Part shown: piece after piece, positions 7,252-16,749 of the stretch
Numbering within the stretch: position 1 is the first letter of the stretch
How the letters are laid out: each line of letters opens with the position of its first letter
Assembly (NCBI GenBank): GCA_021158895.1
Contig: JAGGSW010000046.1
Location: 1-28,393, forward strand
From: Candidatus Odinarchaeota archaeon
GTDB taxonomy: Archaea > Asgardarchaeota > Baldrarchaeia > Baldrarchaeales > DXJG01
Length of the DNA: 28,393 bases
Direction: 5' to 3'
The notes under the pieces: generated by a model
Databases searched by the model: none
The model's input: the letters and a program-made list of their open reading frames with translations, nothing else
What the model was told of the DNA's origin: nothing
Translations under genes and position numbers: made by a program

Positions 7252-8559
7252 TTATTGTAAGTCACATTTCATCCATGTTGTTCTTGTTTGTTCGGGTTCG
7301 CCAAAGGGGTTTCCAGTGTTGAGGATGTTTGTGAGAACTTTTTGGTGTGGTGGTGCTGTATAACCTGCCTTTTGTAGTCTACTTCTTAGCTTTGTTACCA
7401 TTTTCGGTATGTTAAGTTCTAAGGGACAGGCTTGGGCGCATTTTGCGCAGAGAGTGCATGTGTATGCTGGTCCTGCGGTCTTTTCCATTCCGTGTGTGAA
7501 TGCTGTATAGATGGTTCCGATTGCTCCGATGTATTTGTAGCCGTATGTCCCTCCTATTCTTTGATATACGGGGCAGACATTGAGGCAGCTGCCACATCGG
7601 ATGCATTGAAGCGTTTCTTTGAAGTCTGGGTCTTTTAGCATGTTTGTTCTTCCGTTGTCTAATAATATTAGGTGTAGTTCTTTTGGTCCGTGAACTCCTA
7701 TGGTTGTGGTGAATTCTATGTCTGCTGTTCTACTTGGACCCGTTATTAGCGATATATAACTTGTCATTGTTTGCCCTGTAGCGTAGATGGGAAGAATTCG
7801 CGTGATAATGAAGGCATCTTCGATGGTAGGGTTTATTTTTTCTATTCCCGCTATACATATGTGAACTGGAGGCGCGTTTGTTACAAATCTTCCGTTTCCC
7901 TCATTTGTCACTAGTAATATTGTTCCGGTGTCTGCTGCAATGGCATTTGCACCAGATATACCGATATCTGCTTTTATGAACTTCTCTCTTAAAAGTTTCC
8001 GGGCTGCCAATGTTATTTCGGTTATTTCTTGGGATATTTTTTCTCCTGTAAGTTTGGAGAACAGTTTTGAGATTTTTTCTCTTGGGATGTGGATGGCGGG
8101 TGCTACGAAGTGAGAGGGTTTTTCTTCGAGTTGTTGAATTATAAATTCACCTAGGTCTGTTTCTATAACTTCTATGTTGTGTTTTTCTAGATATTCGTTT
8201 AGGGAGATTTCCTCTGTGGTCATTGATTTCGATTTTACAACTAGCTTTGCTTCATGTTCTTCACAAATTTCTAAAACTTTTTTATTAGCTTCCTCTGCTG
8301 TCTTCGCTAAGTAAAAGGTCCCTCCAACAGCTTCTATGCTCTCTTTTACTTCTTTGATAAACGTTTCAAGCTGGTCAATTGCATTTTGCCTAATTTCTCT
8401 AACTCTCTTAAGAAGTTCTTCTACGTTTTTTATTTGTTTTAGAGCGTTGTCCTTGTTCTCGGTGATTTTTTGAGCTGCTTTCTTTATTGTTTTTGTGATT
8501 TCTTCTTTGGAGAGAGTTTCTATTATTGTGTTTTTGTAGATTTCATACCAGTCTTTCAT
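7252..8559 (-). CDS. lutB: LutB/YkgF-like iron-sulfur protein (LUD domain plus two 4Fe-4S ferredoxin motifs)
   Basis: CIRCGSCLNVCPVY and CTLCAKCAQACP motifs follow a LUD/DUF162-like N-terminal region. I prefer the start at M37 of the track ORF (ATG 8559..8557), because it forms an ATGA overlap with the upstream gene's stop (TGA 8558..8556). The longer 8667 start would overlap that gene by 112 nt. Confidence 0.8.
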   Translation of the reverse strand: MKDWYEIYKNTIIETLSKEEITKTIKKAAQKITENKDNALKQIKNVEELLKRVREIRQNAIDQLETFIKEVKESIEAVGGTFYLAKTAEEANKKVLEICEEHEAKLVVKSKSMTTEEISLNEYLEKHNIEVIETDLGEFIIQQLEEKPSHFVAPAIHIPREKISKLFSKLTGEKISQEITEITLAARKLLREKFIKADIGISGANAIAADTGTILLVTNEGNGRFVTNAPPVHICIAGIEKINPTIEDAFIITRILPIYATGQTMTSYISLITGPSRTADIEFTTTIGVHGPKELHLILLDNGRTNMLKDPDFKETLQCIRCGSCLNVCPVYQRIGGTYGYKYIGAIGTIYTAFTHGMEKTAGPAYTCTLCAKCAQACPLELNIPKMVTKLRSRLQKAGYTAPPHQKVLTNILNTGNPFGEPEQTRTTWMKCDLQ

Positions 8560-9287
8560 AGTTTTCCCTCTATCCTTTTTATGACGAATTCTGTGAGATC
8601 CATTACCTGTATGGGTATGTTTAGGGTTTCGGCTGTTTTTCTCATGTTGTAAACGCAAAATGGACAAGTGGTGATTAAATAGCGTGTTTTTGTTTCAAGT
8701 GCTTCTCTTAGTCTGTCTTCTGCTATTGCTGCTGTGAGTTCGCGGTACGTGCTCATTAGTCCTCCACCTGCTCCACAGCAATTGGAGTTCATATAGGAGT
8801 TTTTCATTTCGATGATTTTTGTGTTAAATGCTTTGATTACTTGACGAGGTTCCTCGAAGATTCCCATGTGCCTGCCAAGGTGGCAGGGATCATGGTAGGT
8901 AACTGTGAGAGGTGCTAGATCTGGGACTGATATTTTCCCGTTGTTTATTATGTCAGCGAGAAGTTGGGAAGTGTGGAGGACTGTGAAGGGCGGTTTAATG
9001 TCGAGGTATTCGTAGTAGTCTTTTGCAAAGGTTCTGTAGCATCCCGCGCACGATGTTGCAACCGTGTTTATGTTTTTGTTTTCAATGGTGGTTATAGTTT
9101 GTTTTGCAAGTTTTTCTACCTCTTCTAACATCCCGTATCTTATTAATACTGATCCACAGCATGTTTCGTTGCTTCCAAGCGTTTCAAAGCTTATTTGGGC
9201 ATGTTTTAAGATTTTTACCGTGCTTTTTGCTATTTCTTTTACGCGGTAGGACGCCATGCAACCGACCCAGTACAAGATTTTCCTCAT
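8556..9287 (-). CDS. lutA: LutA/YkgE-like (Fe-S) oxidoreductase with cysteine-rich CCG domains
   Basis: Contains ETCCGSVL, SCAGCYRTF, DPCHLGRH, SNCCGAGGG and TTCPFC motifs. I prefer the start at MRKILYWVGCMASYR (ATG 9287..9285). The track ORF extends to 9320. Confidence 0.8.
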   Translation of the reverse strand: MRKILYWVGCMASYRVKEIAKSTVKILKHAQISFETLGSNETCCGSVLIRYGMLEEVEKLAKQTITTIENKNINTVATSCAGCYRTFAKDYYEYLDIKPPFTVLHTSQLLADIINNGKISVPDLAPLTVTYHDPCHLGRHMGIFEEPRQVIKAFNTKIIEMKNSYMNSNCCGAGGGLMSTYRELTAAIAEDRLREALETKTRYLITTCPFCVYNMRKTAETLNIPIQVMDLTEFVIKRIEGKL

Positions 9288-9507
9288 GTGATGCACGACC
9301 TCAAATCCCAGTTTGCACAAAGGGAAGGTTATGAAAGGTTGTAGTGAAACTTCTTTAAGATAATTTTGGGAAACTGTTAAAACTTAGAAGTGATTTTCTA
9401 CGTTTTGTTAAAATGTTGTAGTGTCCAACTTTAATCGGAATAATTGTTTAAAGGCCGATTTGACATAACATTTGTGTAGTAAACTTGTTAATATTGTCTG
9501 GTTTGAT

Positions 9508-10215
9508 TTATCTTTGCTTTACTTTGTTTATTCTTGTTTCCGGTAGGTTTATTGCTGTTTCATAGGCGTATATTATTCTTGACGCTACTGTCCATGCTTC
9601 CAGCGGCTCTGGATCTATTGATACTTTTAAATCGGCCAACTGTAAGTGTTCTTTTTTAAATGTTCCATGCGGAAATCCTCCCACTATCGCCGCTAGCTTT
9701 TCATGTTTTGAAAGTTCTTTCATTAATTGTAAAAGTTCTACTGGTTCGCCTTCCCCCGTGAAGATTACCGTCATGGTTGGTTTTATTTCTTCTAACAGTC
9801 CTTTCAATGTTTTCGGTCTAAGTTTTATCAATGTTTTCCCCTTTGGAGGTACTTTTCTTTTCACAAATAATTGCTCCATTAGTCCTACAAATCGGTTATA
9901 GTTTTTTGGTAGTCTTGTTTCTGGGTTAATATATAATACTTTATCGTTTATTGTGTGCACGTATGTTTGCAGCAAACCTTCTTTGTTTAGAGGTGTTCCA
10001 AGCACGTTAAGTAAAGTTATGTGAACTATATCTGGCCTACCTCTCTTCTTAGCGTCTTTTAAATTTCTCATGTAATAGTGGTGGCGTGACGAATCAAGCA
10101 ATAGTTCCTTCGGTTTTTTCCCTCTTTTCATCGCCTGAAGTCTAATTGCTTTATATTGTCTTAACTCCGGCGGTATTGTTTCCAGCGATGATTCCGCCAA
10201 TATAAAAATAAGCAT
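9508..10215 (-). CDS. nep1: Ribosomal RNA small-subunit methyltransferase Nep1 (Emg1 family, SPOUT)
   Basis: MLIFILAESSLETIPPEL followed by RPDIVHITLLNVLGTPLNKEGLLQTYVHT is the Nep1 signature region. An alternative upstream ATG lies at 10239. Confidence 0.85.
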   Translation of the reverse strand: MLIFILAESSLETIPPELRQYKAIRLQAMKRGKKPKELLLDSSRHHYYMRNLKDAKKRGRPDIVHITLLNVLGTPLNKEGLLQTYVHTINDKVLYINPETRLPKNYNRFVGLMEQLFVKRKVPPKGKTLIKLRPKTLKGLLEEIKPTMTVIFTGEGEPVELLQLMKELSKHEKLAAIVGGFPHGTFKKEHLQLADLKVSIDPEPLEAWTVASRIIYAYETAINLPETRINKVKQR

Positions 10216-10343
10216 GCTCTTACACCTTGTAGTTTTCAAGCGTTAAAGGTTAAATAGTTTACTGAAATCAGAAGAAATCAGCTATTCTAGCTAAAACTTC
10301 ACCAGAGAACCATTAAGATAATGAAATACCAACTTCATGCAAC

Positions 10344-11210
10344 TTACTTCTCTTTTTCTGCAATATCCCTCAAAATTTTCGGAGTTTTTGCAAGGATATC
10401 GGGTGATAGTTTTCGCCGCGGCTTTCTCGCCATTATAAATCCCTGTGCAACGTTTCCTTCCGGATCCTCTACGAAGTCGATATCCTCGAAAAATATCCAT
10501 GTGAATGCCATTAGCTCTGCTAGCCCCCAAAAATATGTCTCTAAAATTACTGGTCTTGATCTGCTCACTAAATCGATTACTGCACGGTCAAAGGTTCCTT
10601 TTAACATGTCGTAGCCTGCATGTGTCGATATTACCATTCTTTCCTCGTCTACCTTTTCTATCAGCACCTCTTTGTATCCTCGTTGATAAAATATTCTATA
10701 AATTCTATCGCTTTCTTCCATTATCATAAGTCCATCGTTTAGGAGCGTTTCGCTTGCGGATGCTAGAAGTCTAACCATGTCCCATGGATTGAAATGTGGA
10801 GCAGAAAGACCATACATTAAAATTATATCAGCTTTTGTTTCAAGTGTATGTGTTTTTCTTGCGTCAACTTTAATCACACATATATCTTTTTTGAGTTCTT
10901 TGTATCCCCATTCTTTAGCAATTTTAAGAGCATTTTCACGTAGATCGGTGAGAGTTAAATTTATATTGATATTCTTTTCGCTAAGAACTTTTGCTAGGGC
11001 TACCCCTCCAATGCCCATGCCACTACATATTTCCAATATGTGGATTTGAGGTTTATTTTGAATCAGTGCTTTAAACCATTCATGTTCTATAAGAATTTGA
11101 AATCTCCTAACAGCTTTCTCATATCTTTTGAACCCTTCTTCAGTTCTGGGATCTTCAGGAAAACTAAACACATTATAAAAAGATTTTAGCAGGTTATCAT
11201 GTTTCTTCAT
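10344..11210 (-). CDS. Class I SAM-dependent methyltransferase
   Basis: 288-aa ORF with motif I ILEICSGMGIGGVALA, followed by an acidic loop (LTDLRENA). The substrate is unknown. Confidence 0.75.
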   Translation of the reverse strand: MKKHDNLLKSFYNVFSFPEDPRTEEGFKRYEKAVRRFQILIEHEWFKALIQNKPQIHILEICSGMGIGGVALAKVLSEKNININLTLTDLRENALKIAKEWGYKELKKDICVIKVDARKTHTLETKADIILMYGLSAPHFNPWDMVRLLASASETLLNDGLMIMEESDRIYRIFYQRGYKEVLIEKVDEERMVISTHAGYDMLKGTFDRAVIDLVSRSRPVILETYFWGLAELMAFTWIFFEDIDFVEDPEGNVAQGFIMARKPRRKLSPDILAKTPKILRDIAEKEK

Positions 11211-11364
11211 TTCTTATCACCATGCTTATTACTCAAAATATGCCGAGTTCTCATATGCCACAATTCTCGTAACCAATCTAGTATCTTTCACATCTTATAT
11301 TTGGTCAATTTTCTATCAACATGATTATATTGCTATTCAAGTCTTTATTTATGGGTGTGCTTTA

Positions 11365-11706
11365 TTGAGGAGAAAGTTGGATCAGCTGCTTGTTAAGGAT
11401 ATTGCTAGGCAGCGAATTGAGCTCTTGTTTGAGATGGCGGATAAGATTTATAGGCAGTACCCCGATTTAGCGCAACGCTATATTGATTTAGCCCGTAAAA
11501 TCGGCATGAGGTGCAGAGTTAAAATTCCCAGACGGTTAAAGCGTAGAATTTGTAAACATTGTAAAAGTTTTCTTATTCCAGGTGTTAATTGTAGGGTTAG
11601 GCTTCGTACAAATAGGTTTCCTCACTTGGTTGTTACATGTTTAAGGTGTGGTAGACAGATGCGTTACCCGTATAAGATAGGTGGTAAAAGTGCAAAAAAG
11701 GTTTAA
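11365..11706 (+). CDS. rnp4: RNase P protein component 4 (Rpp21/Rnp4, zinc ribbon)
   Basis: An N-terminal helical region (ARQRIELLFEMADKIY, LAQRYIDLARKIGMR) is followed by CKHC...(20 aa)...CLRCG zinc-ribbon cysteines. The non-ATG start (TTG) is uncertain. Confidence 0.8.
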   Translation: MRRKLDQLLVKDIARQRIELLFEMADKIYRQYPDLAQRYIDLARKIGMRCRVKIPRRLKRRICKHCKSFLIPGVNCRVRLRTNRFPHLVVTCLRCGRQMRYPYKIGGKSAKKV

Positions 11707-11977
11707 GACGTTGATTAGCGAGGTTCGACATGCATCAGCAACTATTAGAATAGGGAAAGCAGGTATCACTGAGGGTTTAATTAAGGAAATTAAAAAGAAT
11801 CTTGAAGCTATGGGAGTTGTTAAAGTTAAGATTTTACGTTCTGCTTTAACTCACGGAGATAGGTTTGAACTGGCTAGAAAGGTTGCTGAGTTAACTAGCA
11901 CGAAGCTCATCGAGGTTAGAGGTAGAACTTTCATAATTGCTTCTCCTTTCGGTAAAAGAAAGGTTTTTAAGGAATAA
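11681..11977 (+). CDS. YhbY-like CRM-domain RNA-binding protein
   Basis: ATIRIGKAGITEGLIKEIKKNLEAMGVVKVKI ... LIEVRGRTFIIA matches the CRS1/YhbY pattern. The ORF overlaps the rnp4 3' end; the exact start (GTG) is uncertain. Confidence 0.7.
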   Translation: MVKVQKRFKTLISEVRHASATIRIGKAGITEGLIKEIKKNLEAMGVVKVKILRSALTHGDRFELARKVAELTSTKLIEVRGRTFIIASPFGKRKVFKE

Positions 11978-12036
11978 TTATATTTGTTGTCTGCACTATT
12001 ATCGTCTTCTTGTATTAATGTTAGGAGAGTATGAGT

Positions 12037-12489
12037 ATGGCCACGGTGTACGATGTCCCTGCCGATATATTAATTAGGAGAATAGCTGAAGAGTTAAAGA
12101 AAAGCGATAAAATTAAGCCTCCGGAATGGGCTGCTTACGTAAAAACCGGAGTACACAAGGAGAATCCACCTGTTGACCCCGATTGGTGGTATATCAGGTG
12201 TGCATCCATTTTAAGAAAACTTTACATTCATGGGCCGATTGGCGTTTCGAGGCTGAGAACCGCGTATGGTGGCAGAAAAAATAGGGGAGTAAAGCCGGAA
12301 CATTTTAGAAAAGGTAGTGGAACAATCATTAGAAAAATTCTTCAACAATTAGAGGAAGCCAAACTAGTTGAAAAAGCTGATAAATCCGGTAGAAGGCTCA
12401 CTCCACTCGGTAGATCGTTTCTCGATAGACTGGCATACGAGGTAAAGCTTAAACTTCAAAAAGAAATACCAGAACTTAAGAAATATTAG
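12037..12489 (+). CDS. rps19e: 30S ribosomal protein S19e
   Basis: [56 protein letters not shown] prefer the start at the second ATG, 8 nt after TAGGAGAG. The track ORF begins at 12031. Confidence 0.95.
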   Translation: MATVYDVPADILIRRIAEELKKSDKIKPPEWAAYVKTGVHKENPPVDPDWWYIRCASILRKLYIHGPIGVSRLRTAYGGRKNRGVKPEHFRKGSGTIIRKILQQLEEAKLVEKADKSGRRLTPLGRSFLDRLAYEVKLKLQKEIPELKKY

Positions 12490-12494
12490 TTTAA

Positions 12495-12842
12495 TTGGAG
12501 ATGATACTGTTGTCCGAGGACGAAGAACTAGAAGAAATACAGAGAAGGAAACTGTTAGAGTTACAGAGGCAAATAGCGGAGGCCCGGCGAAGAGAAGAAA
12601 TGAGAAGACAGCTTGAAATGCAGAAACAAGCCATACTTAGGAGAATATTATCTTCCGAAGCTAGAGAAAGGCTCACCCGTATAAAAATGGTTAGGCCTGA
12701 ATTTGCAGAAAGATTAGAATTAGAATTAATAAGGCTGGCTCAAGCTGGGAGACTTCCTATCCCTCTTAGTGACGATCAACTTAAGATGATTCTTAAGAGA
12801 CTTCAAGGGGGAAGAAGAGAAACAAAAATAAAATTTAGATAA
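12495..12842 (+). CDS. PDCD5/TFAR19-family DNA-binding protein
   Basis: EEIQRRKLLELQRQ ... ILRRILSSEARERLTRIKMVRPEFAERLELELIRLAQAGRL. It sits in the conserved position between S19e and L39e. Confidence 0.8.
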   Translation: MEMILLSEDEELEEIQRRKLLELQRQIAEARRREEMRRQLEMQKQAILRRILSSEARERLTRIKMVRPEFAERLELELIRLAQAGRLPIPLSDDQLKMILKRLQGGRRETKIKFR

Positions 12843-12853
12843 GGTGAAATGCC

Positions 12854-13009
12854 TTGGCCAGAAATAAACCTTTAGGTAAAAAACTTAGACTTGCATCTGC
12901 TCTTAAAGAAAATAGAAGCGTTCCTACTTGGATTATTGTACGTACTAAGGGTAAAGTTCGTACGCATCCTAAAAAAAGATCCTGGAGAAATAGGAAAATA
13001 AAGCCATAA
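12854..13009 (+). CDS. rpl39e: 50S ribosomal protein L39e (51 aa, TTG start; below the ORF-track size cut-off)
   Basis: Hand translation from TTG 12854 gives (M)[50 protein letters not shown], with stop TAA at 13007..13009. Confidence 0.9.
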   Translation: MARNKPLGKKLRLASALKENRSVPTWIIVRTKGKVRTHPKKRSWRNRKIKP

Positions 13010-13022
13010 GGGAGGATGTTTC

Positions 13023-13334
13023 ATGGCGTTGGAAGAAGAAAGGGAAGTAGGTGAAGAAAAGGAAGTCTCAGAAGAAATACTTGAAGAGAGAATCTATGTC
13101 ATACCGCTTGCCAAAAAGTTTATTTATACTCCTAGGCAAAAAAGAGCAGAAAAAGCAATTCGCGTTCTTAAAGAATTTGTTGAAAGGCATATGAAACCCG
13201 AAAAAATTATTATTGACCCTGAAGTTAATGAAAAAATCTGGGAGAGAGGTATTCAGTCACCTCCCCGCAAAATTAGAGTTAGAGTGACTAAGGACAAGGA
13301 GGGTGTTGTTAAGGTTTTCTTAGCGGAGAGGTGA
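13023..13334 (+). CDS. rpl31e: 50S ribosomal protein L31e
   Basis: [10 protein letters not shown] ... [18 protein letters not shown] ... [31 protein letters not shown] lies upstream. Confidence 0.95.
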   Translation: MALEEEREVGEEKEVSEEILEERIYVIPLAKKFIYTPRQKRAEKAIRVLKEFVERHMKPEKIIIDPEVNEKIWERGIQSPPRKIRVRVTKDKEGVVKVFLAER

Positions 13335-13338
13335 TTTC

Positions 13339-14004
13339 TTGGTTGTTATTCGCACAAATTTCAATGGTAATCCTAATCTTGGTGTTTACGCTATCGCAAC
13401 TGACAAATACGTTTTGGTTCGCTTCGATCTTTATCAAAAAACCTTAGATAAATTGAAAGAAACATTTAAGGTTCCTGTTTTAAGAACTAAAATTGCTGAA
13501 AGTCCAATTATCGGTATTTTTGCGGTCGGTAATTCTAACGGTATATTGGTTCCTTATTTTACTTTAGATAGTGAAATTAAAATGTTAAAAGAAGAACTTG
13601 ACATTATCGTAGAAAGGGTACCTAGTAAGATGACAGCCTTGGGTAATATTATTCTGGCGAATGATAAAGGTGCTATTGCGCATCCGGGACTAGAACGAAA
13701 AGCTATTAAAGTTATTGAGGATGTTTTAGACGTCGAGGTAGTATGCGGTAAAATTTATAGGTTGCCACTTGTAGGTTCCATGAGTGTTGCTACAAATAAA
13801 GGCGCTATTGTACATCCCATGGCTTCGGACGAAGAATTGGAATGGCTCAGTTCTGTACTCAAAGTTCCTGTTGATATTGGAACAGTAAATCACGGTTCAC
13901 CATTTGTAGGTGCTGGAATGATAGCTAACTCCTATGGCGCTGCTACAGGTCTTCTAACAACAGGTCCCGAACTTTTAAGAATAGAAAGAGCTTTAGAAAT
14001 ATAA
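13339..14004 (+). CDS. eif6: Translation initiation factor 6 (aIF6)
   Basis: [20 protein letters not shown], with repeated pentein-type subdomains ([35 protein letters not shown]). TTG start follows GAGGTGA. Confidence 0.95.
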   Translation: MVVIRTNFNGNPNLGVYAIATDKYVLVRFDLYQKTLDKLKETFKVPVLRTKIAESPIIGIFAVGNSNGILVPYFTLDSEIKMLKEELDIIVERVPSKMTALGNIILANDKGAIAHPGLERKAIKVIEDVLDVEVVCGKIYRLPLVGSMSVATNKGAIVHPMASDEELEWLSSVLKVPVDIGTVNHGSPFVGAGMIANSYGAATGLLTTGPELLRIERALEI

Positions 14005-14024
14005 CTTAAAGGAGGAAATTGACG

Positions 14025-14267
14025 ATGGCAACCTCAGAAGTCAAAATATATAGGATCATTGGTGAATACAGAAAAAATCTGATGAAAATAAGATTTTCCA
14101 AAGAGGTAAGAGCTTTAAAGCCTGAAGACGCCCTTGAAATAGTTTTTTCGGAAATTGGAAGCACTCACAAGGTGAAGAGAAGAGATATTAAAATACTTGA
14201 GATCAAGGAGATAAAGCCCGAAGAAGTTAAATCTGTTTTAATTAAAGGTCTTTTAGGTTTACATTAG
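14025..14267 (+). CDS. rplX: 50S ribosomal protein LX (L18Ae/eL20 family)
   Basis: KIYRIIGEY...MKIRFSKEVRALKPEDALEIVFSEIGSTHKVKRRDIKILEIKEI. I prefer ATG 14025 after AGGAGG. The track start is 14019. Confidence 0.85.
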   Translation: MATSEVKIYRIIGEYRKNLMKIRFSKEVRALKPEDALEIVFSEIGSTHKVKRRDIKILEIKEIKPEEVKSVLIKGLLGLH

Positions 14268-14281
14268 GGAGGATCCTATCA

Positions 14282-14707
14282 TTGTCAAAAGAAAATGTAG
14301 AAAAAACAATGCAAAGGCTCATTTTAGAATATAATTGGTATAAGTCGCAAGCTGAAACTCTACAAAAGGAAATCAACGTTCTAACATCATACGTAGAGCA
14401 GCTAACCCTCACTATGACAACCATTGAAAATATTCGCAAAGGTGAGGGTAAAGAAGAAATCCTTGTCCCAGTAGGGTCGAGAACCTTCATAAAAGCCAAA
14501 CTTGTAGACCCTAATAAAGTCATAATTCATCTAGGGGCCGATGTTGCCGCTGAAAAAACGCTAGATGATGCACAAAAACTGCTTGAGGAAAGACTTGGCG
14601 AAGTACAAGAAGTATTAAATGAAAGAAGAAAATTGCTTGATCAAGTAATTGCCAAACTTGGAGACCTACAGAACCAACTAAATCAGCTTAGTCAAAAAAC
14701 TAGGTAA
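14282..14707 (+). CDS. pfdA: Prefoldin alpha subunit
   Basis: Coiled-coil, beta-hairpin, coiled-coil layout (EILVPVGSRTFIKAKLVDPNKVIIHLGADVAAEKTLDDA). It occupies the conserved LX-pfdA-ftsY position. Confidence 0.85.
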   Translation: MSKENVEKTMQRLILEYNWYKSQAETLQKEINVLTSYVEQLTLTMTTIENIRKGEGKEEILVPVGSRTFIKAKLVDPNKVIIHLGADVAAEKTLDDAQKLLEERLGEVQEVLNERRKLLDQVIAKLGDLQNQLNQLSQKTR

Positions 14708-14731
14708 ACTCAAAGATCTCAGGTGACATTA

Positions 14732-15643
14732 ATGCTAGAGAAGTTAAGAACTGCTCTTAAAAGCTTCACAGAGAAAATCAGCAAAAAAACTTTAACAGAA
14801 AAAAGATTAGACGACGCCTTATGGGACCTTAAACTTGCCTTGCTTAGTAGTGATGTAGCATTACCAGTTGCGGAGAAAATCGCAGAAGATGTTAAAAAAT
14901 CCTTACTGGGACAAAAAATAGGACTGCTCGAAAACACTAAAAAAGTCGTTGCGGATGCGATTAAAGAAACCATCATGGAAATACTAACTCCAAAAGAAGA
15001 AGTCGACTTCTTTAAAATGATAGAAGAGAAAAGAAAACAAAAAGAACCTACTGTAATTGTTTTTGTAGGTTTTAATGGAACTGGAAAAACAACTACAATA
15101 GCCAAACTAGCTTATCTCCTCAAAAAGAAAGGTTATAGCGTTGTACTAGCTGCAAGTGACACTTTCAGAGCCGGATCAATAGAACAACTAGAAGAACATG
15201 CAAAAAGACTAGGAGTCAGAGTCATAAAACACAAATACGGGTCAGACGCCGCTGCTGTCGCATTTGATGCAATCAACCATGCAAAAGCCAAAGGTATTGA
15301 TGTTGTCTTAATTGACACCGCTGGAAGAGCTCAAACAGATAAAAACCTAATGGACGAAATGAGAAAAATAATAAGAGTAACTGAACCTGATCTCGTAATT
15401 TTTGTTGGAGATGCGCTAGCTGGCAATGATGCATTAGTACAAGCTGAAAAATTTAACGAAGCTGTAGAAATAAGTGGATCCATATTAACGAAAGTCGATG
15501 CAGACGTGAAGGGTGGAGCAGCTCTTTCAATAACTTACATAACGGGAAAACCCATATTATTTATTGGTGTGGGACAAAAATACGAAGATTTAAAACCCTT
15601 TGATCCTAAATGGTTCACAGAAAAAATAACCAAATTTAACTAA
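14732..15643 (+). CDS. ftsY: Signal recognition particle receptor FtsY
   Basis: SRP GTPase motifs [31 protein letters not shown] prefer ATG 14732 after AGGTGA. The track start is 14723. Confidence 0.95.
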   Translation: MLEKLRTALKSFTEKISKKTLTEKRLDDALWDLKLALLSSDVALPVAEKIAEDVKKSLLGQKIGLLENTKKVVADAIKETIMEILTPKEEVDFFKMIEEKRKQKEPTVIVFVGFNGTGKTTTIAKLAYLLKKKGYSVVLAASDTFRAGSIEQLEEHAKRLGVRVIKHKYGSDAAAVAFDAINHAKAKGIDVVLIDTAGRAQTDKNLMDEMRKIIRVTEPDLVIFVGDALAGNDALVQAEKFNEAVEISGSILTKVDADVKGGAALSITYITGKPILFIGVGQKYEDLKPFDPKWFTEKITKFN

Positions 15644-15657
15644 TCGAGGGGATTTAA

Positions 15658-16590
15658 ATGGTTAACTTAAAAGGAAGAGATTTTTTAACCCTTCAGGACT
15701 TTACCCATGAAGAATTAAGATTTCTACTTGATACAGCTCTAGAACTAAAGAGAGCAAGAAAACGGGGATATTTTGAGCCTGTTCTTCGCGGTAAGACCTT
15801 AGCTATGATATTTCAAAAACCTTCAACAAGAACAAGAGTAAGTTTTGAAGTTGCAATGGGCGACCTAGGGGGCCGTGCTCTTTATCTTAGATGGGATGAT
15901 TTACAGCTAGGACGCGGAGAAACTGTTGCAGACACAGCAAGGGTGCTTAGTAGATATGTAGATGGTATAATGGCTCGAGTATTCTCGCATAAAGATCTTG
16001 AAGAACTAGCAAAATATGCAGATATCCCAGTAATAAACGGATTAAGTGATCTAACTCATCCCTGCCAAATTCTGGCCGACTTACTTACAATATTAGAAAA
16101 GAAAGCAGTACTCAAAGGACTAAAATTGGCTTTTGTAGGCGACGGGAATAATGTTTGTAACTCGCTTTTAATAGGCTGTACAAAAATGGGTATGAATATA
16201 TCGGTTGCAACACCCAAAAAATATAGACCAAAGGAGGAAATTATTCAGTGGGCAATGGAGAATGCCCAAGAAAGTGGAAGCAAGGTTGAAATCTTAGAGT
16301 CGCCAGAAGAAGCTGTAAAGGACGCAGATGTTATATATACCGACGTATTCGTTTCAATGGGCGAAGAAAAAGTCGCAAAAGAGAAGCTGCAAGTATTTCA
16401 AGGATACCAGGTAAATAAGGAACTAGTGAAACATGCTAAAAAAGATTATATTTTCATGCATTGCCTTCCAGCACATAGAGGACAGGAGGTAACAGATGAA
16501 GTTATTGATGACCCTATACACTCGGTTGTGTGGGATCAAGCAGAAAATCGTCTACATGCACAAAAAGCTGTGCTTGCTCTCCTACTTTAA
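15658..16590 (+). CDS. argF: Ornithine carbamoyltransferase
   Basis: STRTRVSFE (carbamoyl-phosphate site), [26 protein letters not shown]. Confidence 0.9.
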   Translation: MVNLKGRDFLTLQDFTHEELRFLLDTALELKRARKRGYFEPVLRGKTLAMIFQKPSTRTRVSFEVAMGDLGGRALYLRWDDLQLGRGETVADTARVLSRYVDGIMARVFSHKDLEELAKYADIPVINGLSDLTHPCQILADLLTILEKKAVLKGLKLAFVGDGNNVCNSLLIGCTKMGMNISVATPKKYRPKEEIIQWAMENAQESGSKVEILESPEEAVKDADVIYTDVFVSMGEEKVAKEKLQVFQGYQVNKELVKHAKKDYIFMHCLPAHRGQEVTDEVIDDPIHSVVWDQAENRLHAQKAVLALLL

Positions 16591-16749
16591 ATCAATTCTC
16601 TTTCTTATTTTAGTAGTATTTTAAGTTTTAATTCTGTTTCTAAAAGCTTAATAAAACTTAATATTTCACTTTTTACGTTTTGGGTAATATTCCCGAAATA
16701 CAAATTGTAAAAAATTTATCAAATTACTTATGGAACGTAGGTGAAATAT

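Noticed and set aside
8560-8667. N-terminal 36-codon extension of the lutB ORF (and 9288..9320 of lutA)
   Set aside because: The extension would overlap the preceding gene by more than 100 nt and encodes a basic low-complexity peptide. The internal ATG gives a classical ATGA stop/start overlap and a family-typical N-terminus.
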